From contig JBDRCT010000017.1 of the NCBI GenBank assembly GCA_043821445.1, forward strand, positions 5,679 to 69,678: DNA of 64,000 nucleotides. The letters run 5' to 3'. Below are positions 45,844 through 55,880 of this stretch, piece by piece; position 1 is the first letter of the stretch, and each line of letters begins with the position of its first letter. This DNA comes from Candidatus Omnitrophota bacterium. GTDB lineage: Bacteria > Omnitrophota > Omnitrophia > Omnitrophales > Aquincolibacteriaceae. The notes beneath the pieces are model-generated. The model was not told the origin of the DNA. It saw only the letters and a program-made list of their open reading frames with translations, and made no database searches. A program made the translations under genes and the position numbers.

Positions 45844-46869
45844 TCACAAAGCAATTTCAAACAACGAGTTAAGCGAAAAACGCTTCGATGAGAGCTCCCG
45901 GAGAAGCCGTTCGAGGTCCTCCGGGGTTTTCACACGCGCATGGAGCTCAAATCCGGGTTCTTCAAACCCCTGGACGGGCTCCAGGCGCAGATCTTTGGCG
46001 TCACGGAGAATATCCGACCGTCGTTCCTCGAAGGCTTCAAGATAAAGCGAATACCCGGGAAAACGCAACCGTTTGACGCGGGCAAAGAACCGGTCCGCTT
46101 TAGTGCGCGGGTCCATATCGCGCGTATTCAACTTTTCAAGGACTTTATGATCTCGGCAAAGTTCCCGGAGGCATTTCCCCGTCCTCTTCATGATGTCCCA
46201 TAGCCATTCTCCGGCCTGAAGCAACTGGGAACTCGTAAGTTTCATTCGAGCTCCGATATTCTTAGCAAAATAATCCTGGTCGTTTTCCGAGAATTTCAAA
46301 AAGGGCAGCACCCCCCGGAGAGATAATTGTCCGTCCTCGACAAGATCCTTGAAAGATGCGGGAAATTGATCGGACCTCCGATAAAATTCCAGCACGGCCT
46401 TGTCGCTTGCAAGTCCGAGGAGAGGCATCACAACCGAGAGGATCTCATTTTCCCTAAAATAAAATTCCCGGAACGCAAGGCCAAGCGCCCTGGCCCGGTC
46501 CATGTCCGAGCATCGTTGCTTCCAGTTGAAAACAAGATTTAAAAGAAAAGCGTCTTTCAGTTCCATTTTCTCCGCGACAAGCACAGGTACTTCCTTCAGC
46601 TTCAAGGCTTTCGCAACATGGAGGCGTTTGTGGCCCGCGATCACGACCGGACGCCCGGCATTCGTCACAATAACCGGCGTCAGAACCCCAAACGCCTTGA
46701 CCGACTCCAGAAGCTCTGCGTCTTCCAACCGGTACCGGTAGCAAAACGGCCCGTCCAGCCCGATCTCCCTCACCGCCTTCACACCCTGGGCCTTTAAAGT
46801 TCCGCACACCCGGGGCGCGAAAGACCGATGTGTCCTTGGGGAGGTTTTTATTTTACCGAAGCGAGCCAT
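45844..46869 (-). CDS. ParB/Srx-like nuclease-domain protein
   Basis: LESVKAFGVLTPVIVTNAGRPVVIAGHKRLHVAKAL resembles the ParB N-terminal domain. Confidence 0.5.
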   Translation of the reverse strand: MARFGKIKTSPRTHRSFAPRVCGTLKAQGVKAVREIGLDGPFCYRYRLEDAELLESVKAFGVLTPVIVTNAGRPVVIAGHKRLHVAKALKLKEVPVLVAEKMELKDAFLLNLVFNWKQRCSDMDRARALGLAFREFYFRENEILSVVMPLLGLASDKAVLEFYRRSDQFPASFKDLVEDGQLSLRGVLPFLKFSENDQDYFAKNIGARMKLTSSQLLQAGEWLWDIMKRTGKCLRELCRDHKVLEKLNTRDMDPRTKADRFFARVKRLRFPGYSLYLEAFEERRSDILRDAKDLRLEPVQGFEEPGFELHARVKTPEDLERLLRELSSKRFSLNSLFEIAL

Positions 46870-48044
46870 TCTTTTTCCAATTCTGAAGATGAGATCCCAA
46901 GCACTTCCTCGATCGCCTGCTCGGCGGGTTGTCCCTCTTTGAACTTCTCAAGGATCTCTTTCATGCGGTACATCTGAAAACGTTCAACCATATAACTGAC
47001 AAGCGCAAAAACCTCCTGATAAAAGAGCGCAACCTCCAGAGGATCCATCTTGTCTATTTTTAAATTCTCGGAAAGCAACCGGTTCATCGGCATAAGAGAG
47101 TTCGTCCGGATAGCCGCCTTGAAGACAGTCGTGTTCACCGGCTGGATCTTATTCTGTTCATATTGGGCCAGACCTTCATGGATCCAGGCGGGAGCACGCC
47201 CGCCGCTTAAAGACGCTACAAACGCATGGGTCATCTCATGAACCGCAGACGCATGCAAGTCCAGCTCCTTGAAGCCCTGGCGAAAAGCCGGAAGACGTAT
47301 TTTCCCGTCATAGAGCCCACCGACCCACATGGACTGACCGGTCACGTCGTGGAATTCCTTCCCGGAATAAAAAAGCACGGTGGTCTTATGATTAAAATAA
47401 GTGCCGAAATCCTGCGAGATCTGACGGTAAGCGTCCCGTAAAAGATTTTTCAGCCAATAGCCCTCGTAGCCTTGCTCGCCTTTCCGGTATTTGATGATAA
47501 AGTGCTCTTCGTCGTCGGTATCAAGATTTTTTTCGATCAAATTCTCTTTTTGGATTTTTTCGATCTTCTGGCGCAAGCGCGTCGAGGGGCTCACGAGATA
47601 ACTTTGCTTGTAATAATGTTCGGCCTTTTCGAAATCCTGCTGTAAATTCTCGATCTCACCCAAGAGTTCCAGGGCCAAAGCGTTCCGGGGTTCCAGCGAA
47701 AGCGACTCGCTAAGCGCCTGGCGGGCCAATTCGAATTCATTTTTCTCAAAGAACTTGACGGCGTCATTATAAAGTTTGATCGCCATGGGCGTCATCGGCG
47801 CGTTCCCGCCCTTCCCGGCATAGAATCGATCGATCTCGATCTTCTGCCGGCGCTCTACGGTTTCTTTGCCGCGATCGTCATCGTTGATCGCGGCATAAGT
47901 GCCGGTGGCAGCAAGGAAGCTCCCCATCAGCACAAAGCACAACACACAAGGTATAATATAAAATTTTCGCCTTAATTCTTTGTTTTCCCGCATTGGCATC
48001 CTTATTTTCAGACTATCGTCTACGGTCTGTGGCCTGTCGTCCAT
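46848..48044 (-). CDS. TPR-repeat protein with an HExxH metallopeptidase-like motif
   Basis: N-terminal TM, TPR-like region, VHEMTHAF ... EGLAQYE. Confidence 0.5.
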   Translation of the reverse strand: MDDRPQTVDDSLKIRMPMRENKELRRKFYIIPCVLCFVLMGSFLAATGTYAAINDDDRGKETVERRQKIEIDRFYAGKGGNAPMTPMAIKLYNDAVKFFEKNEFELARQALSESLSLEPRNALALELLGEIENLQQDFEKAEHYYKQSYLVSPSTRLRQKIEKIQKENLIEKNLDTDDEEHFIIKYRKGEQGYEGYWLKNLLRDAYRQISQDFGTYFNHKTTVLFYSGKEFHDVTGQSMWVGGLYDGKIRLPAFRQGFKELDLHASAVHEMTHAFVASLSGGRAPAWIHEGLAQYEQNKIQPVNTTVFKAAIRTNSLMPMNRLLSENLKIDKMDPLEVALFYQEVFALVSYMVERFQMYRMKEILEKFKEGQPAEQAIEEVLGISSSELEKEWLASVK

Positions 48045-49147
48045 TCTTTTCCCATTTCAATACGTTTGGCGATCGATGGATGATCGTAAAAGAACCATTC
48101 ATACCACGCCGGAGGCTCGGGATCCGCAAGATTCTGTTCGCCTAATTTGTTCATGCAAGCGATAAAAACTTCCCGGGTCTCAAGCGCCCTCAACGCAAAA
48201 ATATCAGCCGCCCGCTCCCGCCGTCTGGAATAACCGTTCATGACCGGCATCAGAACCAGATGAACGGCATAAAAGATCAAGAAGAGCAGCGGAAGGCCTG
48301 CCACATCCGCCGGAGAATTCAAAGACAGCCTGGGTGCAAGTGCGTTCATTCCCCAGAACCCGGCGGCAAACGCGGCAAGCGAAGCCATGAGGCCAACCGC
48401 CAGAAGCCGCCAAACGTCGCGGTGCTTGTAGTGGCCCAGTTCGTGCGCGACGACTACCTCCACTTCAGAGTGCGTGAAGTTCTGGATCAACGTATCGCTT
48501 AAGACCACCCGTTTGGTCCTTCCGATCCCCATGAAGGCGGCATTCGCCTTCTTGGTCGTTTTACTCAGATTAAGCGAATAGACGTTCCCGACCGGCATGT
48601 CAAAACGCGCGGCAAGCTTCAGAACCCTCGTCTCCAGTTCTTTATCTTCAAGCCTACCATATTTATAAAAAAGCGGCACGATCAAGACCGGAAAGACCTT
48701 CCCGAGGACATAACTCACAAAGGCGTAAGCCGCCCACGCCCAGATCCACCAATGCGCGTGATCCATACGAATGATCAGGTAAAGGCATTCCAGAAGCGCA
48801 AGTGACAGCGCGAACGAAAGAAGCGTTTTTTTTCCGAGATCCAAAAGCCACTGACCGAAGCTCTGATTCGAAAGACCGAATTGATGCTCTAACGCAAATC
48901 CCGAATAGAACGCAAGCGGCAGATCAAAGATCAGAAAAAAAATAGAGAAAAGAAAAAAATAGACCGCAACAACGCCCGCATCATTCGCCCCGGCGAGTCC
49001 GACAGCGTTCTGCCGCATCCCGAACGTCCACCCGCTTGCAATTAATATCCCGAGAAGCGAGGGCGTAAGAGCGAGTTGAAAAAGCGAAAGCCTGCGGCGG
49101 ATGATCTGATATTCTTTCGCTTTTAGGTCCGTAGGTTCCATGGTCAA
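48020..49147 (-). CDS. M48-family (HtpX/Ste24-like) membrane zinc protease
   Basis: VVAHELGHYKHRD and multiple TM helices. 375 aa. Confidence 0.75.
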   Translation of the reverse strand: MTMEPTDLKAKEYQIIRRRLSLFQLALTPSLLGILIASGWTFGMRQNAVGLAGANDAGVVAVYFFLFSIFFLIFDLPLAFYSGFALEHQFGLSNQSFGQWLLDLGKKTLLSFALSLALLECLYLIIRMDHAHWWIWAWAAYAFVSYVLGKVFPVLIVPLFYKYGRLEDKELETRVLKLAARFDMPVGNVYSLNLSKTTKKANAAFMGIGRTKRVVLSDTLIQNFTHSEVEVVVAHELGHYKHRDVWRLLAVGLMASLAAFAAGFWGMNALAPRLSLNSPADVAGLPLLFLIFYAVHLVLMPVMNGYSRRRERAADIFALRALETREVFIACMNKLGEQNLADPEPPAWYEWFFYDHPSIAKRIEMGKEWTTGHRP

Positions 49148-50037
49148 TTGAATTCGGTCATCACGCCAAAATGGTCCGAGGGATAGACGCCTTCTTCCGA
49201 TGGTTTATCAAAAACAATACGTGAGGATCTTATCTTCTCAAAAAGCCCCGTCTGTTCGCGGATAAAAATATAATCGATACGCCGTTCAGTCATCTTCTCC
49301 CGCTCCGCTTCCGCATAAGGATTCCGGTAATCCCAGGTCAATCCCGGATCCCCGGGGTTCTTCGCATCGAAGGTGTCGCACCATTTCAGCATCTTCCGAA
49401 GATGAGTGACGGAGGGTGTATCCGGTCCCGCGTTGAGATCTCCTATGAGCGCCACGGGCAGATCTCCGGACTTCTTCTGCACGAACGCCGCAAGCTCCAT
49501 GGTCTGCTTCAGGCGGATCTCGTTCTCATCGGCCTTCCACGAAAGATGGGTGTTAAAAAGCGCAACCTTCCCCCCGCCCGTATCCACTTGGACATAAAAA
49601 ACATAGCGCAGATAATCCTCGGTGGGTGACTTCGTTTTCATGACCAGGCATTCCTGTTCGACAATTTTGAATTTCGAAAGAAAGATCAGCCCGGAATGTT
49701 CGCTGTTCACAGCAAGATAGGAATACCCGCTCCGTTTTTGAATTTCCCGGGCCCAGTCTATATTGAAAACTTCCTGAAAGCCTACGATGTCGGCATCGTA
49801 TTCTTTTAGACCTTTGAGAATAAGTTCCCACCGGTCGCGCCACGGCCCACGTTCCTGCCAGGTATTCAACGTCAGTATTTTCACGCCTTTCTTCCTTTCA
49901 CTGGCGCCATGAGATCCACCAACCTCCCCGGCACCCCCGGTCACGATCATCAAAACGCACCCCGCTAAGAAGAGATCCCTTATTTTTTCCCGGAGACATG
50001 CTATTTTTTTCAAAGCAGAAACGCAAGAACCGCTCAT
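49144..50037 (-). CDS. endonuclease/exonuclease/phosphatase (EEP) family protein
   Basis: IVGFQEV...IGDLNAG...SDHFGV. Confidence 0.7.
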   Translation of the reverse strand: MSGSCVSALKKIACLREKIRDLFLAGCVLMIVTGGAGEVGGSHGASERKKGVKILTLNTWQERGPWRDRWELILKGLKEYDADIVGFQEVFNIDWAREIQKRSGYSYLAVNSEHSGLIFLSKFKIVEQECLVMKTKSPTEDYLRYVFYVQVDTGGGKVALFNTHLSWKADENEIRLKQTMELAAFVQKKSGDLPVALIGDLNAGPDTPSVTHLRKMLKWCDTFDAKNPGDPGLTWDYRNPYAEAEREKMTERRIDYIFIREQTGLFEKIRSSRIVFDKPSEEGVYPSDHFGVMTEFN

Positions 50038-50846
50038 CGACTGTGATGATGTCTTATGTGCTCTAACCTGCCGATCATCTCATGCCGGATCTTCTCTTTC
50101 ACCTCTTCCATCGAACTGTCCGAGAAATCCTCAAGCGATACGGGCTTCCCGATCGAAACGATGAAGGTGCTTTTCTTTTTGACGAGCCACGACTTTTTCG
50201 GAAGCGCCTGACCGGTCCCATCGATCACAATCGGAAGGATCTCGATTTTGTTGTCACGCGCGAGCTTGAAGGCCCCCATTTTGAACGCATGGATCTTTCC
50301 GTCGGGGCTACGGGTCCCTTCCGGGAAAAGGAGTACGCTCACACCCTTTTTGAGGACCCGGGTGATCCTTTGCATGGCATCCCGACCGCTCCTGTGACTT
50401 GCGCGATCGACCGGAATGTAACCCGCAATCGTCATCGACCAACCCATGAACGGGATATGAAAAAGCTCGCGTTTGGCAAGGAACTTGAAATTGATCGGAA
50501 GGGCGGCGCACACGGCAAGAATATCCAGCAGGCTCTGGTGATTAGCGACAAGAATGTAGTGTTTCCCCTTCTGGAGATGTTCCCGCCCCGTGACAACGAT
50601 CCCCCAGATCGAACTCCAGCGAATGATGGTCCGTCCCCAGTCGGCCGAAATAGCATGCAGGACCTTCCGGGTCTCGCGGTCAAAGAGAAGCGTCCATGGA
50701 AAAACAATGAGAAGGTTCAAGGACGCGGCAAAAAGCGTTAAAAAAACCGTTGCGGTCCAAAGGCTCAGCGAATAAAAAAGGCTTCCCAAGGGTCCGAATG
50801 TGCGTTCTTTGAGGATATTCACCCCGTTAGAGATTGTTGGACTCAT
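50034..50846 (-). CDS. plsC: 1-acyl-sn-glycerol-3-phosphate acyltransferase
   Basis: VANHQSLLDI (HxxxxD) and FPEGTRS. Confidence 0.75.
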   Translation of the reverse strand: MSPTISNGVNILKERTFGPLGSLFYSLSLWTATVFLTLFAASLNLLIVFPWTLLFDRETRKVLHAISADWGRTIIRWSSIWGIVVTGREHLQKGKHYILVANHQSLLDILAVCAALPINFKFLAKRELFHIPFMGWSMTIAGYIPVDRASHRSGRDAMQRITRVLKKGVSVLLFPEGTRSPDGKIHAFKMGAFKLARDNKIEILPIVIDGTGQALPKKSWLVKKKSTFIVSIGKPVSLEDFSDSSMEEVKEKIRHEMIGRLEHIRHHHSR

Positions 50847-51034
50847 ATTTCAGTTCTCTCTGGAATATTAAAAGTCGAAACATTTAATGTGAATTTTTCT
50901 CATGTCCCGGAAGCGCACTAAAAACGTTTCCTATCTCTGACGGGGTTCATAGGCGGCATTTTAGCGGTCAAACTCTCCATTGGAAACAGCTTTTTCCCTC
51001 CTGATCCGCAAACCGGATCCTGAGCCAAGCGGGA

Positions 51035-53254
51035 TCAGCGGAAATAACGTTCCGGCGGGGATGGAGAATCGTCATCGAATTCTATGAGGGTATCGTGGAT
51101 GGAATGACCCGTGCGGTCCTGGTCTTCGTCTTCATCCCGGTAGCCGTTCCCGGAATGCATGGCCCGGACGTCGTAAAGATCTGCGGGGATCTCATTCAAG
51201 AACCGGGATGGAAGATTATGATGCATAGTGCCGTACATGCGCCGCTGGGTCGCGTAGGAAAGATGTAGTTTTTCGCGAGCGCGCGTGATACCCACGTAAC
51301 AAAGCCGCCGTTCCTCTTCGATCTCGTCGGAGGGGCCCACAAAAGAATTTACGTGCGGGAATATCCCCTCCTCCATGCCGACCATGTGGACGATCGGAAA
51401 TTCCAGTCCCTTGGCGGTATGAAGTGTCATCAGCGTGAGCACATTCGTCCCTTGGTCCCAGGCATCGAGATCGGTCACAAGCTCAATCGAATCGAGAAAC
51501 GTTCGCAAGGAGCTCGCCGGAAAAGTTGGGACTAGTTCCTCTTGACCCGTTGGAATTTCCTGTTTTCTCGAGTCCCGAGTCCCGAACCCTGGGTCCCCCT
51601 TTTCCGTAAAGTCCTCGATCACGCTGAAGAACTCCTCAATATTCTCAAGACGCGCCTGGGCTTCCGGAGTGCGTTCGGCCTCAAGCGCTACGACATACCC
51701 CGTATCCTCAAGGACCCGCTCCAGGATCTCGTGGACCGTCACCTCGTACTGCTTTTTCCGAAGTTTCGTCAGCCAAGCATAGAACACCCCAAGGCTCTTT
51801 TTAACCCGCGGGGTTAATCCGTCGATGGCCCCAACATTTTCTAGCACGGCATCCCAATCGGCAACTTCCTCCGGAGAACGGGTAGCGGATGCCGGATGGC
51901 GAGAACCGGTTTGGACCTTCCGTCCTCCGTGCCCCACCATCCTGTTTTTTTCGATTTCAAGCATTTCCATCGCTTTCTTCCCGATCCCCCGCGGCGGCAC
52001 GTTGATGACGCGCTTCAAACTTATCTCATCATAAGGGTAGGCAATGATCCTGAGGTAGGCAATGACGTCTTTGATCTCCCGGCGGTCATAGAAACGCGTC
52101 CCGCCCACGATCTTGTAGGGAATGTTCGCGCGCATCAACTCTTCTTCCATTACACGCGATTGAGCGTGAACGCGGTAAAAGATCACTTGGTCCGCAAAGC
52201 TGCGGCCCTGGGCCTTGTACTTCAAAACATTGCCGGTGACGTACTTGGCTTCCTCGTTTTCATTCTCCGCGTTAAAAAGTTCTATCTTCGCGCCACCCTT
52301 CTGCTCGGTCCAAAGCTCCTTGGGTTTGCGCATCTGATTGTTCTTGATCAGGTGGTTCGCCGCATCGAGGATCACGGGCGTGGAGCGATAGTTCTGCTCC
52401 ATGCGGATCGCTCCGGATTCAGGATAATCTGCTTCAAAATTAAGGATGTTCTTGATATCCGCTCCCCGCCACGCATAAATGGATTGGTCCGGGTCCCCCA
52501 CGACGGTGATCTGACGCCTTGCGGAGGCCAGAAGTTTCACAAAGCGGTATTGTGCATGGTTCGTATCCTGATATTCATCGATAAGGACATGCTGAAAACG
52601 GTCCTGCCAAGTCTTGAGCACCTGGGGGTTCTTGTCAAAAAGCGCCACGGTTTTCATGATAAGATCCCCAAAATCACATGCCTTGAGCCGTTTCATTCGA
52701 GTTTCATAAAGCTGATAAACCTTCCCGGCATGATCTTCAAAAAGATCCGTCGCCCTTGCTAAGTAATGGGCGGGAGAAACAAGATAATCTTTCGAACGCT
52801 GGATCTCCTCCCGCACGGCCTTGGGGTTCACATCCTTTTCGTTCAGCTTGAGCTTCGCGATGCATTCCTTGATCACTTGAAGTTGGTCGTATTCGTCGTA
52901 GATGATGAAATTCCGGTCGATTTCTATCGCGGGTCCGTCCTGGCGGAGGATGCGGAGGCAGGTGGAATGGAACGTACTCACCCATACTCTTTGGGAAACG
53001 AGCTTTTCGATACGGTTGCGCATTTCCTGCGCGGCTTTGTTCGTAAACGTCACCCCGAGGATATTAAAAGCCGGCACACCATGCTCGATCAAATACGCGA
53101 TCCGGTGCGTGAGAATGCGTGTCTTCCCGCTCCCCGCCCCGGCCAGGATAAGCAGCGGCCGGACCGGAGGCCAGGAAACAGCCTCCTTCTGAGAAGCATT
53201 CAAATTGGCAAGAAGGTTTTTCATCTTATAATCTTGGTATGACGCCAGGCACAC
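51035..53254 (-). CDS. uvrD: ATP-dependent DNA helicase UvrD/PcrA
   Basis: Walker A AGAGSGKT, VLIDEYQDTN, and a C-terminal VGITRAREKL. Confidence 0.9.
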   Translation of the reverse strand: MCLASYQDYKMKNLLANLNASQKEAVSWPPVRPLLILAGAGSGKTRILTHRIAYLIEHGVPAFNILGVTFTNKAAQEMRNRIEKLVSQRVWVSTFHSTCLRILRQDGPAIEIDRNFIIYDEYDQLQVIKECIAKLKLNEKDVNPKAVREEIQRSKDYLVSPAHYLARATDLFEDHAGKVYQLYETRMKRLKACDFGDLIMKTVALFDKNPQVLKTWQDRFQHVLIDEYQDTNHAQYRFVKLLASARRQITVVGDPDQSIYAWRGADIKNILNFEADYPESGAIRMEQNYRSTPVILDAANHLIKNNQMRKPKELWTEQKGGAKIELFNAENENEEAKYVTGNVLKYKAQGRSFADQVIFYRVHAQSRVMEEELMRANIPYKIVGGTRFYDRREIKDVIAYLRIIAYPYDEISLKRVINVPPRGIGKKAMEMLEIEKNRMVGHGGRKVQTGSRHPASATRSPEEVADWDAVLENVGAIDGLTPRVKKSLGVFYAWLTKLRKKQYEVTVHEILERVLEDTGYVVALEAERTPEAQARLENIEEFFSVIEDFTEKGDPGFGTRDSRKQEIPTGQEELVPTFPASSLRTFLDSIELVTDLDAWDQGTNVLTLMTLHTAKGLEFPIVHMVGMEEGIFPHVNSFVGPSDEIEEERRLCYVGITRAREKLHLSYATQRRMYGTMHHNLPSRFLNEIPADLYDVRAMHSGNGYRDEDEDQDRTGHSIHDTLIEFDDDSPSPPERYFR

Positions 53255-53265
53255 GATGAACTTCT

Positions 53266-53646
53266 TTAAAGTGATTCATCATCAATCTTATACTTCCCGA
53301 AAGCCTCCTCAAAATCATAGACCTTATCAAAATCTTCGAGTTTGTCCTCGGGTTGTCTGCTGAGAAGTTGGACATCGATCAAGGCATAAACGATCTTTCC
53401 GAAATCAAGTGTCGTGTGGATCCCCCAGTGGTGGAGCACCGTCTTGGCCATGGGACCGAACTGATCCAGCGTGTACTTGCGTATCCCCAACGCAAGCTCT
53501 TTCCCGGTGATGTGCCGTGGCTTTTTGAGCTTGCTCACCGTGTCGTGAAGCGCCGCCAAAACGAACGTATAGGCCTCGAACTTATAGTCCGGGTCCTTTT
53601 CAAGAATGGCTTCGATCTTTTTAAGAAAACTTCCGGCTTCTTCCAT
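53266..53646 (-). CDS. conserved hypothetical protein
   Basis: 126-aa ORF with an acidic C-terminus. No motif recognised. Confidence 0.4.
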   Translation of the reverse strand: MEEAGSFLKKIEAILEKDPDYKFEAYTFVLAALHDTVSKLKKPRHITGKELALGIRKYTLDQFGPMAKTVLHHWGIHTTLDFGKIVYALIDVQLLSRQPEDKLEDFDKVYDFEEAFGKYKIDDESL

Positions 53647-53649
53647 CTT

Positions 53650-54384
53650 TCAAGGCCTTGAGGCCTGAGAACCGGGCCATGAGGAAAAGCTCTCACTCAA
53701 AGCCCATGGCTTGCGGCTCATGGCTTTCCTTTCCGCTTCAAAGAAAATTTCCGGGTCAAGATCCGTGTCCCGGATCATGATTTCAAAAATCGTCTCCAAG
53801 CCCTTCCGGACCGCCCCGATCAGATCCTCCCGCTTGACACCCGGCGGAATCAAAATCGATTCGTGATGCAAAAGCATACCCCCGGAACGTTTCTGCGCGC
53901 CTCCGGCGATCTTTTTGCTCTTCCAGGAAAGATCGCTTTTCACCGGAAAATCAAAACAGTCACTCCCTTGAGATACGGTATCTTCGGGACCGTAGAATTT
54001 CGGATCGAGACCGCAAAGTTCAAGACCCATTTTAACGCCTTCGTGAATTTTTCCATAGCTCGCCGAAACGTAGGACAACGGAGAGAAGCTTCCGTTATAT
54101 CGTGCGATCAAGGAAAAGATCAGATCCCGGCCATGAAGCACGCATCCTCCGCCCGTAATGCGCCGGCAGACCGGCACTTGAGGGTTCTTAACAACCAGAC
54201 CGGACTTTGAAAGAGCCGCAGAATCCCGGAAGGAACACCCCGCGCTGATCCACGGCTCCGGCGAAACATAGAATCGAAGGATGGGAGCTTGGACCGCATT
54301 TATTTGGGATTCAAAAAGAAGCTCATCCAGGGCCATTTGAAGCGGCATCGGCGCGCTGATCGTGGGCAGCAGACTCCAGTTCAT
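53650..54384 (-). CDS. lipoate-protein ligase / octanoyltransferase (BPL/LplA/LipB family)
   Basis: Sits directly downstream of the gcv genes. GGGCVLHGRDLIFSL is a core-like segment. Confidence 0.6.
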   Translation of the reverse strand: MNWSLLPTISAPMPLQMALDELLFESQINAVQAPILRFYVSPEPWISAGCSFRDSAALSKSGLVVKNPQVPVCRRITGGGCVLHGRDLIFSLIARYNGSFSPLSYVSASYGKIHEGVKMGLELCGLDPKFYGPEDTVSQGSDCFDFPVKSDLSWKSKKIAGGAQKRSGGMLLHHESILIPPGVKREDLIGAVRKGLETIFEIMIRDTDLDPEIFFEAERKAMSRKPWALSESFSSWPGSQASRP

Positions 54385-55880
54385 GCCACAGCTTCGGCCA
54401 GCAATACTTTTTCCCGGACTTGATCGCGGTAGGAAAGAATGGGCTTGCGCGCGGCAAGAATGTCGTCGGGACGGCGCACCGGAAGCGTATGAGGCGCTGT
54501 TTTCACTTTTTCCGGATCGGTCGCGATCTCGAGAGCGATCTCTTTCATCGCTTCAATAAAAAGATCCAGCGTTTCACGGGCCTCGGTCTCCGTGGGTTCG
54601 ATCATGAGGGCCTCGGGCACTACCAACGGAAAATGAACTGTCGGCGCATGAAAACCAAAATCGAGAAGACGCTTGCCCACATCTCCCGCGTGAACACCTT
54701 GCGCGGCAAAGGACTTGAGTGAGAGGACGAACTCGTGCATGCACGGCCCCTCCGTCGCAACCTTGAAAGTGCCCTTGAGCATTTCCTTCATGTAATTGGC
54801 GTTCAGGATCGCGGCTTCGCTCACTTTCCGGAGCCCCTCTTTGCCGAGCATTTTTAAGTAAACATAAGCACGTATCATGACCCCGACGTTCCCGTGGAAA
54901 AGTTTGACACGACCGATCGATCGTGGGCTGTGCGAGGCCCACACATAACCTTTTTTCGTTCGCTCCACGAGAGGACCGGGAAGGAACGGGATCAAATGTT
55001 TTTTCACGCCCACAGGCCCGGCCCCGGGTCCGCCGCCGCCGTGCGGAGTCGAAAAAGTTTTATGCAGGTTGATGTGAATGATGTCAAAACCCATGTCCCC
55101 AGGCCGTGCGATCCCAAGTAACGGATTCAAATTGGCGCCATCGTAATAAAGAAGTCCGCCGTGCTGATGCACGAGTTTTGTGATCTCGAGTATATCCTTT
55201 TCGAAAAGCCCAAGCGTGTTCGGATTGGTGAGCATAAGGCATGCTACATGCTCATCAAGATGCTGCTTCAGATCTTCCAGATCCACGCACCCATAGCGAT
55301 CGGATTTGATCTCGACCACGTGATAACCGAAAAGCGCGGCACTCGCGGGATTGGTTCCGTGGCTGGAGTCCGGCACAAGCACTTTGGTGCGTGTAGGCCC
55401 GCCCCGGGAAGCGTGGTACGCCCGGACAAGCATCATCCCCGTCAGCTCCCCATGCGCTCCGGCCGCGGGCTGCAATGTGAAACGGTCCATCCCCGAGATC
55501 TCTTTAAGGCCTTCCTCGAGCTCCCAAAGGATCTGAAGCATCCCCTGCACGGTCGCTTCGGCCTGAAGCGGATGCAGGGCCGTGAATTTCTCCTGCCGGG
55601 TCGCCCACTCGTTCACCTTGGGATTATATTTCATGGTGCAGCTTCCGAGAGGATAAAAATGTGTGTCCACCGAAAAATTCTTCCGCGAAAGATTGATGAA
55701 ATGCCGGACGATATCGAGCTCGCTGAGCTCGGGAAAGCCTATGGAAGTTTGGCGCAAAAGACCCTTCGGAGTACTTTGGAAAGGATCCTCACCCGAGTAA
55801 CGTTCCTTAGAGAAACTCACCGCCCTGCGGCCCGGCTTGCTCTTTTCAAAACTGAGACGGTCGTCTTGGGAGATTAACAT
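54381..55880 (-). CDS. gcvPB: glycine dehydrogenase (decarboxylating) subunit 2
   Basis: INLHKTFSTPHGGGGPGAGP (PLP-lysine region). Confidence 0.9.
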   Translation of the reverse strand: MLISQDDRLSFEKSKPGRRAVSFSKERYSGEDPFQSTPKGLLRQTSIGFPELSELDIVRHFINLSRKNFSVDTHFYPLGSCTMKYNPKVNEWATRQEKFTALHPLQAEATVQGMLQILWELEEGLKEISGMDRFTLQPAAGAHGELTGMMLVRAYHASRGGPTRTKVLVPDSSHGTNPASAALFGYHVVEIKSDRYGCVDLEDLKQHLDEHVACLMLTNPNTLGLFEKDILEITKLVHQHGGLLYYDGANLNPLLGIARPGDMGFDIIHINLHKTFSTPHGGGGPGAGPVGVKKHLIPFLPGPLVERTKKGYVWASHSPRSIGRVKLFHGNVGVMIRAYVYLKMLGKEGLRKVSEAAILNANYMKEMLKGTFKVATEGPCMHEFVLSLKSFAAQGVHAGDVGKRLLDFGFHAPTVHFPLVVPEALMIEPTETEARETLDLFIEAMKEIALEIATDPEKVKTAPHTLPVRRPDDILAARKPILSYRDQVREKVLLAEAVA